From assembly GCA_051382295.1 (NCBI GenBank), contig JBBCAW010000140.1, forward strand, positions 1 through 39,941: 39,941 bases of DNA, in the 5' to 3' direction. The notes under the pieces are model-generated. The model saw only the letters and a program-made list of their open reading frames with translations. It was not told the DNA's origin and did not search any database. Of this stretch, positions 1-8,437 are shown in pieces. The stretch comes from Bdellovibrionota bacterium FG-1. Its GTDB lineage: Bacteria > Bdellovibrionota > UBA1018. The first letter of the stretch is position 1; the number at the start of each line of letters is the position of its first letter. The position numbers and the translations under genes are program-made.

Positions 1-127
1 GTATCATTTCGAACTTTACTGGGACTTGGAACTCTCCGGCCTGGATTAACCTATCGAGAAGTCTACAGCGTTGCGCGCAGCGCGAAATCTTCAAAAACAT
101 CAATTAAGTGACAACCGGATAAGCAGG

Positions 128-536
128 GAATAATATTACAGCTTTTCGACCGGATTGGATTCCATTCTTCAGCTATAGGGGCGCAACCCGGGCATGCAAA
201 TTAGACGAAATTCCCATGGATTTCGTCCGGTGTTTTCTCGGATTTTTCTGGGTCTGCGAAAAATTGCCGAGGAGTGTGGTTCGCGCCCCTCATTTTTCGA
301 AGTGATTTTGGCTGCCGAAATCGCACGCAGATCCTGAAGAGTAGGACTTCGCAACTGCGGACATTTGCGCCGTATCCATGTCGGAACCCAAATATCAGGA
401 TCGCTCATATTGTCGCACATTTTTTGCAAAAGTTATCGATTTTGAACCCGAAAATAAGTAATTCAAAAGTTAAAATGCCTCTACGATTGAGCGTAGTTAT
501 TCAATAGTGGTGTAAAAAACTGGGACGAAAAACAAA
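128..536. repeat. 409-bp inverted repeat, left copy (partner 2258-2666)
   Basis: Reverse complement of 2258-2666. Ends checked by eye: GAATAATATTACAGC...GGGACGAAAAACAAA, paired coordinates sum to 2794. Identical mirrored ORFs 169..429/2365..2625 and 274..507/2287..2520 confirm identity. Confidence 0.97.
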
Positions 537-737
537 TCGATGTCGGAAATGAGTGACCATTCTTTCCTAGCGTGATTCCGTCCGGGCGCGGCACTCAGGA
601 ATGGTCCATGATTACGACCCTTTCCGTACACCCTGCCTTTTTGAGTCAGCGTTTCCGGCCACGGTGGGTTTGGTGGCAGCGATTCAGTCTAGTAGCTGGT
701 TTGGCTCGGCCCAAAGGAAGACACTGCCAAAACACCC

Positions 738-1079
738 TTACTGATGCATCGTGGGCTGATCTGAGGGGTTCCCATCAAACTGAGCAAGTTCACTAGCCAT
801 TTTGGCGTGGATGTAGCCCGCAAATGAGCCATCGCCGTGCTTGATGATTTCTTTCAAAAGTTCAATTGAGGGCTGGGTAAGTGCGGTCCGCTCTTTCTCA
901 TAAAGCAACTGAGTGAGCGTCGAAGCCGTGATGTCATTTTTGGTCACGTTGCAAATGACTTTCACATCCCGACCTGCCTTAAGCATCCTGCCCACATCGT
1001 TGAGCGTGACGTAGGCGGATTCGGCCATGTCGTAAAGTTTTCGATTGGTATAACGCTTAATGATTTTAGTTTCGGTCAT
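738..1079 (-). CDS. PhaR-type (PHB_acc_N) polyhydroxyalkanoate synthesis regulator DNA-binding domain protein
   Basis: IIKRYTNRKLYD...YVTLNDV...DVKVICNVTKNDITASTLTQLLYE matches the PhaR N-terminal signature. ATG at 1079 follows GAAGGG. Confidence 0.88.
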   Translation of the reverse strand: MTETKIIKRYTNRKLYDMAESAYVTLNDVGRMLKAGRDVKVICNVTKNDITASTLTQLLYEKERTALTQPSIELLKEIIKHGDGSFAGYIHAKMASELAQFDGNPSDQPTMHQ

Positions 1080-1392
1080 AAGTACGCCCTTCACTGTAGG
1101 CGGCTCTTATCCGTCAACCCCTTACGCGCTGCAAGTTTTTATAGGATTGGAAATAAAATCCCTGGAACAACCCATGCCACACCGCATGAACTTGGGACAG
1201 CAAGGACGAAGGGAGTTATCAACCCCCGAGAAACTCTTGTCCTATTGACGAGATCCTCGTTGCCGACAAAGCCCACATCAAACAGGGGCGCTGGTTGATG
1301 TGGCGGCGAAGATCGTGCCAATTTTTAAAGTGGGGAAGGTTCTTAAGGAGCTTGTGGCCGGCACTGAAGCTTCATTAAAGGCCAGAATACCC

Positions 1393-1432
1393 AAAAAATA
1401 ACCGCCCGAGCCGTCAATAGCATCAGGCGGTT
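1393..1432 (-). terminator. Intrinsic terminator downstream of the histone-like peptide gene
   Basis: Minus strand AACCGCCTGA...TCGGGCGGTT stem followed by ATTTTTT, 8 nt after the stop codon. Confidence 0.75.
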
Positions 1433-1440
1433 TCACGGAA

Positions 1441-1518
1441 TTACTTTTTTTTCGCAGTCTTTTTCTTTGCGACCGTCTTCTTTGCAGCCTTTTTTGCAAC
1501 TTTCTTTTTCGTAGCCAT
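1441..1518 (-). CDS. 25-aa Lys/Ala-rich histone H1-like basic peptide (MATKKKVAKKAAKKTVAKKKTAKKK)
   Basis: Translated by hand because it is below the ORF-track cutoff. Strong SD GGAGAGGGGG 7 nt before ATG, TAA stop, own terminator. Confidence 0.8.
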   Translation of the reverse strand: MATKKKVAKKAAKKTVAKKKTAKKK

Positions 1519-1674
1519 GTTGGTTCCCCCTCTCCATAAAATCCGGGCACTTGGCTCGGTACTCATCCTTGACCCAAGCGAAAAACCTTAAACGCAAATG
1601 ATTGGAGACACAAATTCTTTTTGAGCGGCGTGGACGGTGGATGCCGTTCGGAATGTGGGATATGCAGTCTCCAG

Positions 1675-2061
1675 ATGGTGACCAAGAAAAAGAAATCCAA
1701 GCCGAGACCCAAGAAAACCAAAAGTATTTCCAAGCCCAAACCTTGGGTCGAATGGAAAGATGTCAAAACGGTCGAAGAGTGCGAAGAAGCCGCTACGATG
1801 GATGCCTACGGCGAATCCGAGCAAGCTTCGGGATGGCTGACTTGCTTGGAGGAGATTCTCGAAGGCGTTGAGCAAGTGCTTTTTATGGGGAACCCAGTGA
1901 AGTTTACGGGTCTGGATTTATCCGGAGATATAGTCGTGGTAGCGGTCATCGGCAGGCAGGGAAAAATCGCCAAAGTCTCCCTAGATTCAATCGAGCTGAT
2001 CAAGCCGACCAAAGCTCAAGCCCTTTGGCTCAAAGCCTATGTTCAATGTGGGGGGTGCTGA
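1675..2061 (+). CDS. CcbP-like (calcium-binding protein family) protein with a basic N-terminal tail
   Basis: DAYGESEQASGWLTCLEE...KVSLDSIE...WLKAY resembles the CcbP family pattern. Start chosen at ATG 1675 within ORF 1621..2061. Confidence 0.6.
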   Translation: MVTKKKKSKPRPKKTKSISKPKPWVEWKDVKTVEECEEAATMDAYGESEQASGWLTCLEEILEGVEQVLFMGNPVKFTGLDLSGDIVVVAVIGRQGKIAKVSLDSIELIKPTKAQALWLKAYVQCGGC

Positions 2062-2257
2062 ACCCCGATTGTCCAGTTTCCCCCGCCTATCCCTGGATCT
2101 GGGTTTTGAGGACAAACGGGATAAAAACAGAGAACGCGCAGGCAAAAATCCAATTGTTAAGGGGCCTCCGTCATCAAACCTCGTAAAGTCGCCCAAAGGG
2201 CGTTTAGGGTGGCCGGAAAGACAGGCGGGAGCTAGAGCCCCCCGCCGTCATCAGGGT

Positions 2258-2666
2258 TTTGTTTTTCGTCCCAGTTTTTTACACCACTATTGAATAACTA
2301 CGCTCAATCGTAGAGGCATTTTAACTTTTGAATTACTTATTTTCGGGTTCAAAATCGATAACTTTTGCAAAAAATGTGCGACAATATGAGCGATCCTGAT
2401 ATTTGGGTTCCGACATGGATACGGCGCAAATGTCCGCAGTTGCGAAGTCCTACTCTTCAGGATCTGCGTGCGATTTCGGCAGCCAAAATCACTTCGAAAA
2501 ATGAGGGGCGCGAACCACACTCCTCGGCAATTTTTCGCAGACCCAGAAAAATCCGAGAAAACACCGGACGAAATCCATGGGAATTTCGTCTAATTTGCAT
2601 GCCCGGGTTGCGCCCCTATAGCTGAAGAATGGAATCCAATCCGGTCGAAAAGCTGTAATATTATTC
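2258..2666. repeat. 409-bp inverted repeat, right copy (partner 128-536)
   Basis: Reverse complement of 128-536. Confidence 0.97.
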
Positions 2667-2720
2667 ATTCGAATTTAAAATAAAACTTAATGAATCCTTG
2701 CACTAAGGCTACTTGCTTAT

Positions 2721-2789
2721 TTTAGTGTGGTATTCAAAGCAACTTTAGTGTGGTATTCAAAGCAACTTTAGTGTGGTATTCAAAGCAAC
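2721..2789 (+). repeat. 3 x 23-bp perfect tandem repeat TTTAGTGTGGTATTCAAAGCAAC
   Basis: Units at 2721-2743, 2744-2766 and 2767-2789 with no spacers, 31 bp upstream of the 2821 ATG. Confidence 0.97.
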
Positions 2790-2820
2790 TAATGTTAAAA
2801 TTTGAGGACCTGGGGGAATC

Positions 2821-3771
2821 ATGAAATCTTCATTCACTTTTCTTTTTCTTAGCCTTTCTTTGGCTTTGGCAGGTGAATCGCATGCAGCGACTTGCACGAT
2901 CAGCCCCTCCGCAACCCTAGTTACGGTGAGATGTCCTTGCCCCCAAGTGCAAGTCACATGTGAAGGAAAGACCGGCTTTATATTTCTCCTCGACATTCCA
3001 CAGGACAAAAGATCTGCGGGCGCAACATTTACCGTGAGGAACTCTGCGAAAGACCCGTTAAACTTGTATGCCACTCAGGAAGAAACTTGGTTTGATCAAA
3101 ACCAAATAATTTCCACATTTTCTTCAAACGCCAGTAGCAGTGCTAACGCCGGTGATCCAGTCTGCGAATACGACGGCAATGTTAAACTCATCAAGGGATC
3201 CAATTTTACAAATGACTCCGGCGTTTCCTGTGGAGAAGTCAAAGTTTGTATCGCAAAAGTGAAATGTAAAGTTGGTGCAGACACGAAAAACGGAGCCGTG
3301 TCCTGTGCTGCAAACTTGGATGGCACGTGCCCCTCGGTGGGAAAGTGTCAGAAAGACGGCAACTTTACGACCAGCGCTTTACCTTTTAAAGATCCCCACC
3401 TTCCTGTAATTTCCGAAAAAGGACCTGCACCAGGAAAAGACTTAGATTGTGCATACGAACAGCTGTCTTTATTTAAGGGTAAGACGCCTGGATGCGGTTC
3501 CTTCACATTCTGCACTGGACGTGCTTTATGCGCAAAAAATGACCCAGCTGTGATCCGTGGAGTTAATTTTTCGGTTGTCCATGCAGTCGTTGGATGCCGG
3601 CAAATTACCAGCTCAGGTGGAGCCAATCCAGATTCTCAAGGCTGCCCGCGAGACACTAACGCTTGTGCGGATGATCCTACCTTTTCTCTAGTAACCGCGA
3701 AGATATCTGACACAGGAAACTCGCTTGGCAACGGAGGTAGTGGGGGCGGAAATTCTGGTGAAGCCCGCTAA
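2821..3771 (+). CDS. Secreted cysteine-rich protein with two 7-Cys modules
   Basis: Signal peptide (MKSSFTFLFLSLSLALAGESHA), 18 Cys, Gly-rich tail, SD GGGGGA. Confidence 0.85.
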   Translation: MKSSFTFLFLSLSLALAGESHAATCTISPSATLVTVRCPCPQVQVTCEGKTGFIFLLDIPQDKRSAGATFTVRNSAKDPLNLYATQEETWFDQNQIISTFSSNASSSANAGDPVCEYDGNVKLIKGSNFTNDSGVSCGEVKVCIAKVKCKVGADTKNGAVSCAANLDGTCPSVGKCQKDGNFTTSALPFKDPHLPVISEKGPAPGKDLDCAYEQLSLFKGKTPGCGSFTFCTGRALCAKNDPAVIRGVNFSVVHAVVGCRQITSSGGANPDSQGCPRDTNACADDPTFSLVTAKISDTGNSLGNGGSGGGNSGEAR

Positions 3772-3803
3772 TACATTGATTTTCTGGAGGAGAATTACTT
3801 CAA

Positions 3804-4103
3804 ATGATTAAGGCATCCATTATCGCTTTTTTTTTCGGCCTAATCGGAACCTCGTTCACTTCATTTGCAGGAATGCAAAATGAAGTAATCATTCGAGGAA
3901 CAGTGCAGGGCTTCACTGGGTCGCAAATTGAATTATTAGACCATGGAAAATTAGTTACCGTACCACGCGACTCCTTTAAAGGGGATCTTCGCGAGGGTCA
4001 ACAGATTCAAGTCGAAGCTCCACTCAGTGAAGTGCATTCAAGCCCTAGTGAAAGACTGAAATATCTAAAAAGTAAAAACATGGATTTAAAAAAATCACGA
4101 TAG
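3804..4103 (+). CDS. Small exported protein, possibly a beta-barrel/OB-like fold
   Basis: SD GGAGGAG, signal peptide ending SFA, beta-rich IIRGTVQGF...GQQIQVE pattern. Confidence 0.75.
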   Translation: MIKASIIAFFFGLIGTSFTSFAGMQNEVIIRGTVQGFTGSQIELLDHGKLVTVPRDSFKGDLREGQQIQVEAPLSEVHSSPSERLKYLKSKNMDLKKSR

Positions 4104-4483
4104 CTCAACGAGCCAGCCTCATTTTTTTGCTTTTTCAGCATTTTCTCTCGATTCAACCATATGGTACCTCCGCTTAGGTCGGAGCGTGATCCTGTGCGAT
4201 CACTTGCTGCTGTTTGCTCCAACTTTTGGAGTGCAGGTCAGATAGGGTTCGTGACCGTCAGTCGAAAGGTTTGCAAGTATTCCTGAGGCCGTCAGCGGTC
4301 CCGACTCCCGCCGTCGATCAAGGCTGCGCGCGAGGCCGTGGCCGAAAAGGCGCTCTCCTAATGCCGTGAGGTATTGCGACCTCTGCCAGACATCACTCGT
4401 AGGGCGTAGATGGCGGGAAATCGACATCCATTCCCTTGATGACCACCAATCGAAGTGAGGGTATCCTATTTTTAGTTGGAACT

Positions 4484-5263
4484 ATGCGTTTGAAAAAAAA
4501 TATAAATTACCTTTTGTCAATATTGGCCGCCCTGCTCTTTATCGGCGCCTGCGCTTCGATGAAGACGGCAAGGAAAGATGTCGCGACCCTATCACGGAAT
4601 CCCGCTTCTGTATCATGTATTGGTCCGGAGAGCGCCACGCAATTTGCCATTTATCTTCAGGGTCAGGACAGTGATCCGCCTTCGCAACAGGAATTGGGCA
4701 ATCGTCAAAATTTGTCGAACCTCGCGAAAGCTTTAAATGTTCGAATAGCTTTGCCTCGTGCCACTCAGCATTGCCCCAATAAGCCCGACTTGCTGTGTTG
4801 GGGGTGGGAATTCAACAAGCAGACCGCTTTGGACTCAATTTCAACAATAAACGCTGCAGCTGCAGCATGCTTTCCAAACGCAGATAGAATGGGGATCATA
4901 GGCTTCTCAAGTGGTGGCTATCTCTCAAATCAGATTTTTCAAAACTGTCTTGGGTTCCAAACAGTTCCGATCACAAAGTGGTTTGTAAATGCGGGAAGCA
5001 CCTTCGGATCCTGGTCATCTAGCGATGGATCAAATAACTATTCACGATGTGGTCCTCTGGTTCTCATTGCGGGCAGGCAGGACCAATTTAATTTTGATCC
5101 TAAAAACGCATACTTTGACTTTCTAAAATCCCATGGCGCGGATGTAGCTCTGCAGCTCTTTGATGGGGGGCACATTCTTCCAGATGAGCCATTAATAACG
5201 GCGGTGAACTGGGCACTGAAAGAAGTCAACGCGGGGGTCGATCAACAGCCCCAGCTCAAATGA
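4484..5263 (+). CDS. Alpha/beta-hydrolase (esterase-like) lipoprotein
   Basis: Lipobox FIGA-C, nucleophile motif GFSSGG, acid in AGRQD, His in FDGGH. ATG 4484 lies within ORF 4436..5263. Confidence 0.82.
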   Translation: MRLKKNINYLLSILAALLFIGACASMKTARKDVATLSRNPASVSCIGPESATQFAIYLQGQDSDPPSQQELGNRQNLSNLAKALNVRIALPRATQHCPNKPDLLCWGWEFNKQTALDSISTINAAAAACFPNADRMGIIGFSSGGYLSNQIFQNCLGFQTVPITKWFVNAGSTFGSWSSSDGSNNYSRCGPLVLIAGRQDQFNFDPKNAYFDFLKSHGADVALQLFDGGHILPDEPLITAVNWALKEVNAGVDQQPQLK

Positions 5264-5528
5264 CGGTCACTCAAGTGATCACTTAAGACTTGGTTAACGA
5301 TGGTCGCGTCGCCGCAAAGGCATGCGCAGCCCGGCCCCCTTTTTTGTCGATGGCCACTTAGGTGGCGGATCGTGGAGAGATCTTTTTTTCCCTGCAACTA
5401 TTACGGTGGGAGGGTGCCACCGTTACCATCGCTTTTGGGGAATAGAGAGGGTCGTCCAATGACCTTCTCTTTCCCCACGAGTGGGATTCATTTAATATTC
5501 ACTTTTCAAAGACCGCCCCTCTGAACAA

Positions 5529-7469
5529 TCAAGTCGAGGGATGTTTAACCAAGAACAATTCTTTCGGAAACTGCTTCCCGATGACGCCACGAATATAGTC
5601 GGGCGTATAAATCTCGGTTTTTGCTTTTCCGGTGGTGATGTAGAGGTCCGAATACCCTTTGGCATGGAGCCTTGCCGCTACATCCACCCCGGATTCCCCG
5701 GCGCCGAGAATGCAATCGATGAATATCGGAGTATTAAACGAGACGCTCGACGCTTGTGTCTTCCATTCTTCGAACGAGGCCACAGCCATTAGGGTCAAGC
5801 CGTTCTCTCTTGCCTTTAGAGTCCAAAGACTTCGAATGGATGCATCGTCGTCGATAAGAACCAGGCACGGCGTGGGCCTGCCGTCGATCACGCGGGTCGC
5901 CCCACTGGAATTCGGCAGAACGACCAATTCGGCGGGGGGCGGCGGCACCACCTCAGGCAGCAAAATCTGAATGGAGGTACCTTTCCCAACCTTTGATTCA
6001 ATCGAGAAAGTTCCGCCCCAGGACTCAAACGCCGACTTGGCTCCAAAGAGTCTCAGGCCCACGCCATTAACCCTTCCGTGGGTCTCCCCAGGCCTGCCCA
6101 AGCGTGGCAAAATGTCGGCTGGGATTCCGCGTCCCGTATCCGAGATCACGAGCCTGACCTGCCTGGCCTGCTTTGACACATGAAGGATGATCAAGCCGGC
6201 TCCATCAATAGCGTCGGCGGCGTTGTCGATCAGGTTGGATAAACTACGCTGAAACGCCTGGGGGTCAGCACTCACCCAAGCCTGATCGGCTTCGCCGTCC
6301 CAACGGGCTTCGATTTTAAGGTTGCCGCGTTTCGCGTATGCCGAACGTTTCCCTGTCACAGCCCTGTCAATAGAACCTTTGATTGCGGTCGGAACCGGGG
6401 AGGTCCAAAGAGGATTGCCTTGAAGAAGGGTCGAAATCGCACCGGGTTTAATGGGCTGAAGAAGGCTTTCGGCGATGCCATGAACACAATCAATGGCGTC
6501 CCGCACCTGCAAGAAAATTTCTTTTGGCAGAGTTTGAGACATGTTTTCTTCAAAATCCCGGAGGACTGCGAGCGGTTTCCGAATATCATGCGCCATGTGG
6601 GCTGCGAGGCCCACGAAAAGATGCGCGAGGCGGCTTTCCTCAAGTACCTTTTGCTGTGTCAAAATCGTTTCGTGGAGCTGAACGAGGGATTGCCTCAATG
6701 TCTTGATTTCCCGAATCGACGTCGAGTCTTTCAATGACTTCACTCGTTCCAGGGTCGACTGAGCGGCAATGGGGTCCAGGGCGGATTGCTGAATAGCTCG
6801 GGTCATCGCCTCGATGGGGGCGGCCATTCTTCTTGAAAAAAAGGTGGCAGCCATTCCCGATGCAATGGCCAAAAAGGCAAATAACCAAACTCCGATCCAG
6901 AGGGCTGACGCCCTGGACGCTCGAAGAATTTGATCTTTCGGAAGTACGACAAAAAGCGTCCCAATTTGCTTGGCAGTGGAGTGTTCCACCAAAGGAAACT
7001 GAAATAGGCTCAGCCGTTCCCCCGTGCCAATGTTCTTGTTTTTCGAAAGGACAAGAGATGACTTCGCAACAAAGTCCATCGCCCCATCCCCGTGTGCCCG
7101 CCGTTCCGCCCAAGTTGGCTCTCCGGCGTAACAACACGACACTTCTACCGCAAGGCCAGTCGCATCACTGCGTCCAATGATTTTTCCGCCGGGATCTGTG
7201 ACGTAAGCGTAAGAAATGGGGAGGGTCTCCACCAATCGCGCAAGTTCGTCCTCAACATAAACAAGATTGTTTCGCCCGACGGAGATCGAGATAGCGTCCT
7301 TTGATACCAACTCGGCAACTGATCGAGTCACGCGCTCGGCTGCTTGAAGGTCCCGCCCACTCTGAATCCAATACGCAAAATAGCTCAATACCCCTGCGAG
7401 AGGGATCGCGGCGACTAGCAGCCAGAGCATCAGATGCGTTCGAAATCCGTGGTCGCGACCTACCTTCAT
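5529..7469 (-). CDS. Membrane-bound hybrid sensor histidine kinase with C-terminal receiver domain
   Basis: Two TM segments flank a periplasmic domain. H-box AHDIRKPL, N-box NLIDNA, G1 DTGRGI, G2 GVGLRL, receiver LIDDD...FID...TTG...GK. Confidence 0.93.
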   Translation of the reverse strand: MKVGRDHGFRTHLMLWLLVAAIPLAGVLSYFAYWIQSGRDLQAAERVTRSVAELVSKDAISISVGRNNLVYVEDELARLVETLPISYAYVTDPGGKIIGRSDATGLAVEVSCCYAGEPTWAERRAHGDGAMDFVAKSSLVLSKNKNIGTGERLSLFQFPLVEHSTAKQIGTLFVVLPKDQILRASRASALWIGVWLFAFLAIASGMAATFFSRRMAAPIEAMTRAIQQSALDPIAAQSTLERVKSLKDSTSIREIKTLRQSLVQLHETILTQQKVLEESRLAHLFVGLAAHMAHDIRKPLAVLRDFEENMSQTLPKEIFLQVRDAIDCVHGIAESLLQPIKPGAISTLLQGNPLWTSPVPTAIKGSIDRAVTGKRSAYAKRGNLKIEARWDGEADQAWVSADPQAFQRSLSNLIDNAADAIDGAGLIILHVSKQARQVRLVISDTGRGIPADILPRLGRPGETHGRVNGVGLRLFGAKSAFESWGGTFSIESKVGKGTSIQILLPEVVPPPPAELVVLPNSSGATRVIDGRPTPCLVLIDDDASIRSLWTLKARENGLTLMAVASFEEWKTQASSVSFNTPIFIDCILGAGESGVDVAARLHAKGYSDLYITTGKAKTEIYTPDYIRGVIGKQFPKELFLVKHPST

Positions 7470-8437
7470 TTCTCGGTCCCTTCGATCCCCTCGATTTTAT
7501 AGATGAGGGGCACGTAGTCATGGACTTCAGGATTTGCGCCGTCACTGGCCTTCACGGCCACTGACTCCCGCCTAACCAAAAGAAAGGGCCCTCCGCATTG
7601 GACTGGAAATCCAGCGTCTCCCCGAGCAGCAAGCAAAAGATAGCGGCCCTCTTTGATGTCCTCAGAGGAGACGTTAACCGCCCTACCAGAAAGGGATAAA
7701 AAGCGAACTGGCGCCGTCATTTTGTGACCCCGCGATACCAGGAACCTGTTCACCGAAATGCTATAAACCTTTGGACATTCGTATTTTTCGTAAGAAAAAG
7801 TCGGAAGAGGCGTCATTCGAATAGGCGGGGATTGGGCAGCCAATCCCGAAATGACGGCTTGATCCTTATCCCACAAAATTGAATTGGGAAGTCTTCCGAC
7901 GACGAGTGCCTTAACATACCAAGCCCAAAATGCGGCCTTCTTGGCATAAATTTCGGCGATAGGGTGATCACCTGGCTCAGTCGGATAGACCACTTGTTGA
8001 CCACCGCGTTGTTTGATTAATGGTTTACCATTTTCATGAAAAGCGAGAAGTGCGCGATGATTCCGAATCAATTCGGCCGGAATCATCGAAACATAGTCAT
8101 CAACGCCAATCGCACAAACCCAACCTGCACGGGGTAAGTTATGAGCCCTAAGCAGATGCTTCAATTCAATCCCCTCGTATTGAAACACCTGATGCTCCGG
8201 GTTGAGTTGGCGATGAGGAGGTGTTGACTTGAGAGCGACCCATTTTTTGCTAAGATTTGCGACGTCCAGGTGCTCGACAAATATTTTGCCCGACTTGATT
8301 CCAACCACAATGACTGGCTCTGGCACCACCGACGGCTGCGGCACAGAGCTTCCATTGCTCGCAAGGGCATATTCCCCGGCCTGGGCCCAGGCCGACAACG
8401 CGCCAATGAGTAATAGAGCCAATCCGCGTTTTTTCAT
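7466..8437 (-). CDS. Periplasmic protein with molybdopterin-dependent oxidoreductase-like domain(s)
   Basis: Signal peptide ending AQA. YEGIELKHLL...AIGVDDYVSMIP...LLAFHENGKPL...RGG...VVYP...WAWYVKAL, with a degenerate second copy ending GGPFLLV. Overlaps both neighbours by 4 nt. Confidence 0.7.
   Translation of the reverse strand: MKKRGLALLLIGALSAWAQAGEYALASNGSSVPQPSVVPEPVIVVGIKSGKIFVEHLDVANLSKKWVALKSTPPHRQLNPEHQVFQYEGIELKHLLRAHNLPRAGWVCAIGVDDYVSMIPAELIRNHRALLAFHENGKPLIKQRGGQQVVYPTEPGDHPIAEIYAKKAAFWAWYVKALVVGRLPNSILWDKDQAVISGLAAQSPPIRMTPLPTFSYEKYECPKVYSISVNRFLVSRGHKMTAPVRFLSLSGRAVNVSSEDIKEGRYLLLAARGDAGFPVQCGGPFLLVRRESVAVKASDGANPEVHDYVPLIYKIEGIEGTEK

Noticed and set aside
169..507. Duplicated 86-aa and 77-aa ORFs (mirrored at 2287-2625)
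   Set aside because: By-products of the inverted repeat: overlapping on opposite strands, non-ATG starts, no SD or motif.
2130..2250. c-di-GMP-I riboswitch (GGCAAA plus hairpins)
   Set aside because: The GAAA tetraloop, GCAAAG junction and receptor are not in the required order. An 11-bp inverted match (652-662/2209-2219) is off-axis from the large repeat and may be chance.
2721..2789. CRISPR array
   Set aside because: The repeats abut with no spacers, and there are no cas genes in the window.
2821..5300. Integron cassette array
   Set aside because: No RYYYAAC...GTTRRRY attC structures between genes, and the integrase is xis-linked ICE type rather than IntI.
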